Position numbers and translations under genes: made by a program
NCBI GenBank assembly: GCA_028534125.1
Contig: CM052816.1
Location: forward strand, 72,108,001 to 72,172,000
Direction of reading: 5' to 3'
Source of the DNA: Lama glama
Lineage: Eukaryota
Length of the DNA stretch: 64,000 bases
Part shown: piece after piece, positions 25,389 to 37,379 of the stretch
Numbering within the stretch: position 1 is the stretch's first letter
How the letters are laid out: each line of letters begins with the position of its first letter
Notes under the pieces: generated by a model
The model's input: only the letters and a program-made list of their open reading frames with translations
What the model was told of the DNA's origin: nothing
Databases searched by the model: none

Positions 25389-28300
25389 TATTTAAAACAT
25401 ATACATCCTTTGCTCTTCTAACTAGGAATAACCTTCTTCACAAAATTACTTATCATATATGATTTAGTTTACAACCTGAAGAGCACAGGAGCAAGAGCAT
25501 GGACTTCAGAATATGCCTTTACGAGCCACGTGAACCTGAGAAAACTTAACTGGAGAACCTCCTGCTGATTTGTTAGGTGAGAGAACATCTACTTCCTCCT
25601 CTTGCCGGGCATACACGGAAGATGACACGTGGAAGAAAGCAGCTTGTGTAATGAGAGGAGACGATCAGTGAAAATGATGTCTCAACTCTCTCCCTTCCTC
25701 CAAAATTCAAGAATGCGAAGATGTAAAATAATCCTGTAATGAACGTCCACAAGGCCTCCCCACTATGCGCCTGCCTCCTTCCCCTCCCTGCTGCGTCGGA
25801 AGCCCATGAATTTGCAGGAGGAGAAGCCCTTCCCTCACGCGGAGAGGAGGGCTGAGCAGTGGATAAACCAACCAGAATTGCCCCCACCCCCCACCCCCAG
25901 CAGGGAAGAGAAGTCGCTGAGCCTACACGTTGGCATCAGCGGTTGGTTCCCGGCAACTCCTTCAGACTAAAGCTTGAAACTTTTATTTAAGGGTTCTAGG
26001 AAGTAACACTTGCTCCTCCTGAGTGAGAATGAGGAAGCACATGGCCATTGTTTCTGCCGGCCGCCTTCTAACACCCATGGTGAACAGAAAGGTGGGGCTT
26101 AGAAAATTTCAGAGATGGAGACAGAGGCAGAGCCCTGATCAAACTAAACCTAAATCTCATTATCAATGCACTTTTTTTCATTGCAGTAATAAATAACTCT
26201 GCTTTCACAGTTCAAGTAAGCATAAATATTTTTGTTTCTTAACAAGCAAAATCATCCTAATTTGTAGTCAGACCTATTAAACTGAGTTATTTTAATGTAA
26301 ACAGCTACTAGCTATTTAAATTAAAAACTGAGGCATATAGTCTTGACTTAATTTTATGATTTTTTTGCCTAATTATTTAAAAGTAGAGAATACACCAATG
26401 ATTTACTTAGGGTTTTAAGTAATATTCATAACTTTTATGGAACTTAAGACCTGAAAATTATTATAATATATTATTAGACATTACACAATAAAAGTCACAA
26501 GTTATTTATTATTTTGTTTGCCAAAGGTATGGTCATTTTCTTTAGGGTGTAACAAACATTTTTTTTTCCTTGTGGTTATATAATTTTTTATTCCTTCTTG
26601 GGCATTTGATTTATTATTTTGTTTCAATACTGTATGTATGTGAAATTGGATTTGGAGAGCCATAGTCCTATCCCTTGCTTTTCTTTCTGGACTACAGCCT
26701 TTGAGAGGTCAGCAAAAAAACAGGAGAGATACTTTCAGACTACAAAATAGTATTTCCAAGTGCTTACTAAACTCAATTAGCCTTTCACTCTTCATTAAGC
26801 TTTTGAAATATGACTTGTTCTCACAAGGTTAATGTAGAAAGTATAATTATTTGAAAACAAGGGTAATGTACTTAAATCTGACATATTTTGACCGCAAAGT
26901 TAATTGATTACTAGATATTCAATCAAATGCAATTCCTTCTTAAGCCAGTGAATATGTAACTAAGACAGCCTCAAAGCAACAAATATTTAACACAAAGAAA
27001 GCCATGTGGATGGTTCTACCAAGGAAAGGGGGCAGTTTAACCAGTTACAATTAGAATACCTATCCCTTGAATGTATATCCAAACTCAACACTAATATGTG
27101 GATTTCTACAGTGGAAGCAGAAGGCCACATCAAGGCAGACCCTGCTGATAGCCGAGCCAATGAAATAAGAATAGCATATGATTGACTTAACTGATGAGGA
27201 ATGTTTAATGGCAGCCATTTCTTTAGATATTGTTCCTGTCTTAATATTCTATTTTCTAACTGTTAGACGAAGAAAACTTCCATCTTTCTTCTTCTTTCTT
27301 TTGGAGGTATATCTAACTTCCAATTTTGTAGACACTGCTTCCATAAAATAAAATGAAACATTTTAAAAGAGCATCTGATCCTCACTGATCCCTCTAGAAT
27401 TCAGGAACTCCTAATGAGTCTCCTCACTTTTCATGGCCATATGGTTATTTTCACAGGCTCAATAAGAATCTGCTCTCTCTCTTTTTTTTTTTTTAACCAG
27501 GATATTACTAGACAAATCAATGTGTAACCAAAGTTATCCCTAGAATATCATATTTTAAAATGATTTTCATTTAATCAGGAATGACAAGCAACTACTGTAG
27601 AGCAAGAAAAGTGACTTTTATGTGGAATTTATGCCTACAATTCTCTGCCAGAAAAATGGCCAGGCCAAAAGAGGGGTGAGAGAGGTCACTTTCTGGCGGA
27701 TTGGTGGGAAACTTAGCAAATGTTGGGAGCCTCAACCAGACAGCTACTTGTCCAATTATGTAGATACTGAAGGTGAAATCTGTTGTAGATTGTGTCTTGG
27801 TTTTGCTTTTCTAGCCTCAGAGAAGCAAATAATAGAGGCTTTTACAATCCCAATTAAAGATTTCTTATGAAAATTTCTGAAGAGAATTTCAATTCTATCA
27901 CCTCGAGAGTTCAAGATTCTAGATTTGCAAACTCAAGGAGGCCTCTATGGCCAGTTAACACTCTCGCTGAAGCTTTTTTTTTTTTTTGATGAAGAAGTAC
28001 CTTTGGAAATTACTTACGATCACAGGAAGAAGACTATAAAGAAACACAGTCAAAAATACTAAAATGGGCAAGAAAGATTCCGAGTAGTTTCCACTGGAAC
28101 AGTGGGCATTGCTCAGTGGCCCCTGCAGTGATTATCTGATTCCAAAGAAATTTCTGATTGCCTCAGCTATTATTCTACTCTATGGGATAAAAGCTAAGTA
28201 GTAAGACAAAATAAAATAAAATGATCATAATGTAAATGATTCCTGGGCATGGCATGACAAATGAGCTTTTTCTTAGTAAACAATATGTATCTCAGTAAGT

Positions 28301-31300
28301 AAAATGTCTGTACCTCCAATTCTCATTTGAATCATGTAAACATAAACAAAGAAGCTTTGGAATTTATAAGTGAATGCCTCCTTATTTCAGATTAATTTAA
28401 GTGCTAAAATAATAAAGTCAACTTTACAAATACAGTAGACTTTGCTTAAAATACTTTGGGGTTGTTGAAAAGTTAGAGGTAACTAAAAGGTCCATGAATA
28501 GGGTCTGGTCACATAAATAATAAATAGTATATCCAATACAAGGATGCTGCAGCCACTAAAAGGAACGTAAAACTGTAATCTCATGCGGTGACTCCATTTT
28601 TGTTGAAAATCTGGATTTATACATGTTTATCAAAATACGGATTTATGGTTGTATAGGGTTTTTTTTTGGTGGGGGAGAAGAGTCTAAGTGTATCCTTTAT
28701 GGCGGGAAGGTTGCTTGGATCACTGACTGTTGTTATTGCTAATGATGTCTGCTTTTCTTTTCTTCCTAACGTTTCTGGAATAAATGTTATACTAGTAATC
28801 AAGTACATTTATAGGGGAAAACTATTAGAATTAATTTTAAAACTATATTCCACAACTCAAATAAGAATATATTAATAAAATGGGGGAAACTCTTCTCTAC
28901 CTCCTGGCTAGAACCTATATATCTTTCAGGAATTGGTTTACATTTTTAATTTCTCAGGTCCTGCCTCTCAGGTTCTACCTTGCTCTGTCCCAGCTGCCCC
29001 GGACAGGATTCAGTCCCCCTTCTAAACACTTTCACAGGACCCTGTACTAACCCCTCCTAAAACTTTTCATGGTTATAATTTAGGTAAATATCAGATCAAT
29101 GTCTCTTTCCCCTACTAGATCTAAAGTATCTTATTGTACTAGATCTATGTATCTCATTCACGGTTGTGTCCCAGAAATTCAATATTATGCATATTGAATC
29201 AAAATATATATATAGCTCCCTTGCCGTGTATCCTGAATGACTCTTAAAACATGGTAGAGTAAGAAGTATTTTATGTCTTATCAAAGATAACCTAAATAAC
29301 TTAAGTCTGTTTATAAGTCTGATTTTAGGAGAAATGCATAATACTTGTCTTTCACTCATGGAACAGATTGTTTTTATATGTGTGTTATTTTAAGGGACAT
29401 AATTTGGCCTATAATGTGTCTGCATGAAACACATGATTGTAATGGAATTCTGTTGTACTGTAAAATGCCGTGAAATGAGAACACAGGAGTCACATTGTGT
29501 TTATACACTATGTACAGAGGGCTCAGTACATTCATCTATAATTTAATAGGCTCAGTCAAAATCATAAGAATATTACACTTGATATTTGCAATATTGATTA
29601 TAAAATCTGAAAAAAACAGCAAAAGGCACTTGAAGGTCTTGAAATTTCAAAATTTGCAGGCCATGCAAATAGCTTTAAATAAATTACAGGAAACATTCTG
29701 TTCACATAGCTCCCCAGGAGCTGTACAAATGTACACTGGAACCCTGTTATAGCACTATGAAATCAGAGAAGCAACCATCAATTCAACTTATAAAAATGTT
29801 CCTCCCATCACCACAAACCCTTGTGTTCATGATGAATTTCTATATAGAATACATTATAGTGATACTGAGGCTCTAGAATATAGGTTTGTCTAACACTTGG
29901 TTCTATGTATATAATCTTTTTAGGGTTTGAATTGAGGGTGGGCATAAATGTCCCACTCTCTCCACTTCCCTTGCTGGCAATGACTGTTAAGGAATAAACA
30001 TGTGTCTTGGCATCGTTGATTCTGGCACTGTGAATTTACTGAAGAAAATGGGAAAACTTCAGCACCCATGGAAAGTCACTTCTCTATTTCTAAAAATAGA
30101 TAAACCTCTTAGCCGCAGATAAGTCAATGAAGAAGTTTCTCAGCGCACAGAATGCCGAGAAAGGCAAAGCAGGGGCTGGGGGAAGAACGAGAGAAAGCAT
30201 TAACTGTCTTTGTTCAGTCGACCTGAGATGGAAAATGTATACTAGCCATCCTGGGGACATTTGCAATTTAGTTGAGTATTATACAGCTGTAAGGATGTGA
30301 AAGATGAAGGGGAATCAATGTTATGTAACAGTAAATATGTTACTGGCCAATTGACTGGTTTGAGATGATTATGTGATTTTTCTGCAAACAATTCACCTAC
30401 ATGCCTCCCTCTGTAATCACGGAGAATAGACTATGTGTGATTATCATCTCTTTATGCATCCGTGACAGCCCAAAGCCAGTGAAGAACTGGGTATCCCACC
30501 GTTACACTGTCACAAAGGTCTCTTCTCATTTTCACCTTCCTCTTCTTAAGAGGGCCACTGAGAAAGAAAATGATGAAATTTCCTCCAGGAGAATTCCCAA
30601 CCCCCAACTCTATCCCCAAGAGATTCTTCATGAATTATTATGAATTTCACATATACCAACTGAAAAGAGGGTGGTATCTATACAGGTTCTGAAATAAAAC
30701 CTCCATAAAAAAGAAAGATAAAATTCAATGTTAAAAGGTTTCGTATCACTCTTATCCATAATTTTGCATTTAATATCATTAGATCATGAACTCCCACAGG
30801 ATTTTACCAATGCTTCCGACATTATTTTCCATAACAAAGCATGTCACTTAAGTTCGTCATTCTCATGAGTAGAGTCATCAGTTACTGCACAGAGTGTGAG
30901 CAAGGTAAGGAAACGCTCTACAGGGGACAAGTTCACTTAAGGAAGGCTTTTGGAGGTAACTGTAACACTTGAGAACACACCAGAAATTGACTGAAGGAAA
31001 AGATGAACGAGTGTGAGAACCAGATCTATGAGAACTGTAGGCAATCTGACTTAGTAGGAAAATAAGTTATATTGAAATTAAAACGAAGCCTCACATGATA
31101 AGAGGTTGAGAAAGATCATAAAGATATTAGATTTTACCACAGACAAAACCCCCTTATATAAGTATAACAAATTGTGAGGTAGTGAGTCAATAATTGATGT
31201 CACTTTCTAAATTATTTAACAACTATACCCTGAGTATAGTTTAACTGAAATCTAAACATATATATTACTGTTGCAGCTTAATATAATTTTTCAAAAAATG

Positions 31301-31437
31301 TCCTATAAAATAAGAATATTAAGTTAAAGTCACTCAATCAGGGAAGCATTTTAAAGCTTTTTAAAAACTATTTCATTAAGAATTTAAAAGTATAAAACTT
31401 TTTAAGCAGAAAAAAGATTTTCAGAAAGTATTGGTAC

Positions 31438-31719
31438 CACAATAAACTAGTGAATATAACAATAAATAAGCAGACTCACAGATATAGAGAACAAACTAAT
31501 GGTTACCCGTGGGGAGAGGGAAGGGGGAGGAGCGATCTAGGGGGAGGGGTTAACAGGTATAAACTATAATGTATAAAATAAGCTACGGGGATATATTGTA
31601 CAACATGGCGAATATTTTATAATAACTGCATATGGAGCATAACTTTTAACAATTGTGAATCACTACATTATATACCTGTTACATACAATATTGTACATCA
31701 ACTATACTTCAATGTAAAA
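31438..31719 (+). mobile_element. 5'-truncated L1 3'UTR with perfect 15-bp TSD
   Basis: cagactcacagatatagagaacaaactaatggttacc...tcaactatacttcaat; agaaagtattggtac is duplicated at 31423-31437 and 31720-31734. Confidence 0.93.
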
Positions 31720-32419
31720 AGAAAGTATTGGTACTAGCAATTGAATTTGAATTTTCAGTTATTTTAAAAAGTCAACTTGCCCACCAGACAGTCCAATAGA
31801 CACCATCTGTTATGTTAGGAGCAAGTTTTTCATCAATTTTGAATCTGTCATCTATGAGTATAGATCAGAAATTTAAAAGCACTATTATGTGAAAATTATG
31901 CAGTTTCATTCCTATAGTTACTAAAAAAAAAAAAAGACACAACCTGCTGAGTCAAAATTATTGCCTGTCATTAGCATTTGTCATTAAAAAAAATTTTACT
32001 ACTTTGTTTTCAAAGCCAAATTTAGTCAATGAAATACTGAATGTTTCCAAAGCAGCCCATTAATTAGCTTTTATGTAAATATTAGTCAGCATATCAACTA
32101 TTTCTATTCAGAATTTCTTTCAACCATGTTGAGCAAATCTGTACAAAACACTATTTGCATTTATAGCAAAAAGAACACTGGCTTTAAAAATTACAAGTAC
32201 TATGCACTAATTTCAATACAGAAATACTACCGTAGGTTTTGTGTTTGTTAAGATTCTCTCCCACATGGTGTGTACTTAATTCTTCCAGATTCTAAATCCA
32301 ACCTTTCTTAGGCGCAAGCACTAAGTTATTGTCTGTTTATTGCATTGTATTTCCACTGCCAACAACAATTCTTATGCTCACATGCTAATCCTCTGGGAAA
32401 ATTAATGATGATAAAGATC

Positions 32420-32510
32420 TCAGTCTCTTATCTGAATCCCCAGTGGCCAGATGTGTTTTGAAATTCAGAGCTTTTCATATTTTAGAAAGGTAACAGAGTA
32501 CATATTTTAC
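32420..32510. mobile_element. MER46C-like TcMar-Tigger fragment
   Basis: cagtctcttatctgaatccccagtggccagatgtgttttgaaattcagagcttttcatattttagaaaggtaa matches my recall of the MER46C end. Confidence 0.65.
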
Positions 32511-34384
32511 ATCCAACCATCAAAAGTTGTATATTTCAACTTTCAATATTTAAAAGGATGACTGACGGGGCCACATTCTGTAAATAAGCAAACACATAAC
32601 ATCATAATAACAAATTTACACATAAATACCCAAGCATTGAGTCCTATACCTTATACTTTCCCAATAACTGTAGCCAAAAAAAAAAAAAAATCTGAAGGGG
32701 ATAATGAACACTTCCCATCAGAATAAGATCAGGATGACTATATCTTCACAATGGAAAGAATAAAAAGCTGTCTAGTGATCTTTCATTCAGGGTTCAACAA
32801 GCAAATAAATAAATTGAAGATGTCTACCAGACTTATGAGATTTACGTAAGTCAGATCTCTACAAGCAAATGCACAATGCTATGAATTCCCCATCTCACAT
32901 TTTCATTTGACTCAAGTCCAACAGAAAAATATGCACATTCTTTTGGACAGAAGAGTGAAAGAGAAAGCAATTGAACAAAGAAATTCAAAATGGAGAGTTT
33001 TGTTTCGATTTCACTCTATAAAGGCCAAACCAAGGATAAAAGATTTTGGAAATGGAAAAAAAAAAGTTCATAATATGATCTTGATTTCAGAGTGTCTGAG
33101 TGGAATAGATGACAATAATCACCTCCTGCACACCCTCATTCTACAGATGAAGAAACATAAAAACATAAAACATAAATTCAATTCCATGTGTAACCAGAAG
33201 CAGGGCTAGATTTCCTGACATTCTCCTCTAAGTCTTTTTGGATCTCTTATGATTTTGCACACTGAGCTTTTTGCTATGGCAAGAAACTTCTGATTATTTT
33301 GCTACAGTATCTTATCTTTTTCTTCCTCAAAATATTTCTGAACATTTTGTCAACAGAGCAAAGTTACTGTCCCAAAGTCAACCAAACCCCTCCAGGTACC
33401 CTTTCCTTCACCAGTCACATTCCTGGCTTCTAATTAATATACTTATGTTTCTGCAGTTATTTCTTCATCTGTTACAAGTCACCTTTGATCATCATTAACA
33501 AAAGAACTCATTAGTACTCTAAAAGCATAAAGTTATTTTCAAAGGAAATCATTTAAAATAAAACAAAAATATCTCAGTGATTTTTGGCATTGAATAAATA
33601 TTTCATCAGCTAAAGTACTAGTTAATAATCCTCACAGACCCAGTTCTGTCATATTGACTTTTTTCAAGACATAAAATAGATTTGACATTTATAAAATTAA
33701 AGGGACTGACAAAGAAGAAATTGATAAAACTAAGACCAAACAAAATCCAGTTAAAATCCATCTACAATTTGTGATGATAACTCTAAGTTTTATGTTTTTA
33801 AAAAAATCTATTTCAATTTTAAAGAGGAAATATACCCAGGTGCTTGCCCTAACTCATAGTAGACAAGTTAAAATACTTCTTCATATTTTAGTTAATGTAT
33901 TTCCATACGTGTTTGCTTTAAGAAAGCATTTGAAATGTTTGACTATAACTGCATTCTCAGATAGATCTAGCTCCTTTTTCTCCCATTTTACATTCTAAAA
34001 TAAATTCTGTTCAGGTAATGGATATTTTTAAAAAGTAAGAAATATTTCAAGGCCAGGCTTCATAGTTCTAATGCATACATTTTTTTTCCTTTTAAAACCA
34101 ATGAGGATTTTTGTTTAAAGTCTGCAAGGTGACAAGAAGGATACTGAAGTTGTCATTGGTGTCAAGAAGGAGTCCAAATTTATCGGTAAGAAAAGGAAAA
34201 ACATTTGAGATTCCTAATCTGGAAGAGATGGATGGGCGATGCCTGCAGGAGCTATTCATACCCAACTGAAAGAAATAATTTAAAAAGAGTTGACTTTCTG
34301 AACTGCAAAGAGAAATAAAATTTACTCCCATAACATTCATAGAATTATAGTCATAAAAATGGACCATCTCTCTAGGTCTCTCCT

Positions 34385-34490
34385 TTTTTAGGTGATAGAA
34401 TTAAGGCCCAGAGAGGTCTATCAGTGTGTCCTTGGTCACACAGCACTTGGTCCAGAACTTAGGTCTTCTTTGGTCCCAAATGCTTTCAAA
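34385..34490 (-). mobile_element. MIR fragment
   Basis: ttttaggtgatagaattaaggcccagagagg...gtccttggtcacacagc. Confidence 0.65.
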
Positions 34491-36879
34491 AAATTTTATC
34501 ATTTTTTATGATTATTTAATTGAACATATACAGCATATTTATTAGCATTTATATGTTGCAGAATACCAGTTCTTGCTCCAAGTCAGAAATTATTCAATTT
34601 AACCCAATCATCAAATGTATTTAACAGCTAAATGTGAAGAAAAGCTATTTTTCCTCTGTAAATCGCTTCCTTAGCACAGCAGTTTTTGTAAATGGAGACA
34701 TGTCTAACTCTATTTGATGTCAATTTTGCAAATCTGTATTAGTTATTAAAGGAAAGTTCCCATAAGGATTGAAGTGACTCTGTTCATGTTTCCTCAGTTC
34801 ATAGTTGCCAAAGCAATGAGAGCAAAAATGTCTCTTTTTTTAACATGAATGAAATTTTCACTTTAGAAAAGAAGTAATTTTTAACAACTGCACATTTATA
34901 TGTGTACCACAAGACTGAACCATAAAACTGCCATACAACTAAGTACATTTATGAGAAAAAGAAATGTTTAAATCTTCAGTCAATTTGAATTAAAAATGAG
35001 CTACTGGTTACTTTTTTCTACATTAGTGAAGATCTCTGCTTTGTCTCATCGCAATAATAAATCTTTTTGCAAGTCAACATATAGGTGTCTCCAACACAAA
35101 AGGATATGGAAAAACTCTAAAATACTTCATTTTGAGTGACATGAAAATCACATCTTATAAATTATACAACATTTTAAACTTTGCTAGAGAAGCCATCAAC
35201 TCAAAAATATGTAAATTCCTCAATGTCAAATTATTTAAAATATTAAAATATTAGTTCTAGTGCTCTTCAGATGTGTTTCTATATCAGGCATTCTCAGAAA
35301 AGAAAAGACAAGTAATTACGGAAGGGATGTAACCGGAAGTCCCATATGGGTGCCAAAAAAAAAAAAAGAAAATGGAAAAGAAAAAACAAATCCATGTAGT
35401 TCTTTAAGATCTGAGGAAACTGGAGGATCTTAACTTTGAACGTGTGATTCCTAAGAAAACAAGGGCCTGACATAAAAACAAATAGTTTGACAGATAGGAA
35501 AAGTGAAGCTGTGATAACCATCAATTAACCATCAGCACTCTCTGAGTAGTAGTAGAGAGAAAAAAGAATACAAGAGTGAGGTCAGTTTTAAAAGATTGTA
35601 TGAAAATATCAAAATGACGGAAGTTTCTTAGAACTCAAAATGTTAAGATCAACAGCCTCATTTTTACCATTTTTACTGAGTTGGTTCATAGATAATTCAA
35701 AATTCAGATCATTCTTTCAAGTCAGTCTAATTCAATAGCATCCATTCATCCCCTACACCCACTCTGTTATCTAAAATTGCAAGTATCAATGAAGTGTCTT
35801 CACTGGATGTTGTCATTTAACAAAGGAGACAAGATAATGGCTTAGAAATACTTACTAGAATGTAAAGGAAAATACTTAAGGCTTAATTTATTTCCACCTA
35901 GAAAAATGGCACAGGACTAATGAATGCAGGCAGTGGCCATGTCCGCTCAGCTCCAGTCCCAGGATTTTTCTTCTCAAGTGTGCACTCTCTTAAATAATGC
36001 ACTCAAACATCTCACCCCACTCCAACAATCCCAAACATGACTTTGAGGAAAATTCAACATAATTATTCCATTACGACTATATTATGACTAAAAATATTAC
36101 AAAACAAAGGAGTACTTTTAAAAGCACACAAGAGACTTTACAAATATGACAAATATTAAGTTCTTGAGAGAAATGACATTCACATTCAGAGTGAAAAGAA
36201 GGCATAACTGAATTCAATAATTAGTTTTCACCAGTTATTCACAGTCAAAACTCAACATTCATTCAACCAAGTATAGAGTAAACGATTATTGAAGACCTAG
36301 TCTGTGTCCATTGAAGGAAAACACAATGAAAATATCACCCAAGTAAATGAAAATTACAGTGATGACAAATGCCCCAAAGGAAGGACTACATCTTAAACTG
36401 GAGCACAAAACGAGGGCACGTGACTTGCCCACAGTGCAGGGGGAGGAAAGTTTCCTGGCCAAAGTGATAACTGGGCAGAAATTTGTGGATGAGCAAATGA
36501 AAAGGACTGGGAGAGTTTAAATGCACAATCCTCATTCTTCAAAATTTTCACTTCCTAGTCTTTCGATTTCAAATGAAGTGCAAAATGTAAACCTCTTCAT
36601 GAGCAGAAATTGGGGTCATTTTATTCCCCTGTGTACCTGTAGTACCTGTAGCCCCAGGCACAACAGAAGGTGCAAATCACAGTCGACTTTAAAACATGTT
36701 GTTGAAAAGAACTGAAAGGAAGGCAACAAGGAATGCACATTACCTGAAGTATTTCACTTTTTAAACATACTGTTCACATCTACCAGTGACAAGAGTTTGA
36801 TAAAAGTCTACACACAGTATCTATGCAAAGAACACCACCACAAAAAGAGGGATACAGCTTGAGTGGATCAGTGTCCACC

Positions 36880-37379
36880 NNNNNNNNNNNNNNNNNNNNN
36901 NNNNNNNNNNNNNNNNNNNNNNNNNNNNNNNNNNNNNNNNNNNNNNNNNNNNNNNNNNNNNNNNNNNNNNNNNNNNNNNNNNNNNNNNNNNNNNNNNNNN
37001 NNNNNNNNNNNNNNNNNNNNNNNNNNNNNNNNNNNNNNNNNNNNNNNNNNNNNNNNNNNNNNNNNNNNNNNNNNNNNNNNNNNNNNNNNNNNNNNNNNNN
37101 NNNNNNNNNNNNNNNNNNNNNNNNNNNNNNNNNNNNNNNNNNNNNNNNNNNNNNNNNNNNNNNNNNNNNNNNNNNNNNNNNNNNNNNNNNNNNNNNNNNN
37201 NNNNNNNNNNNNNNNNNNNNNNNNNNNNNNNNNNNNNNNNNNNNNNNNNNNNNNNNNNNNNNNNNNNNNNNNNNNNNNNNNNNNNNNNNNNNNNNNNNNN
37301 NNNNNNNNNNNNNNNNNNNNNNNNNNNNNNNNNNNNNNNNNNNNNNNNNNNNNNNNNNNNNNNNNNNNNNNNNNNNNNN
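36880..37379. other. Assembly gap (exactly 500 N)
   Basis: Run of N seen directly; the round length suggests a placeholder of unknown true size. Confidence 0.99.
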
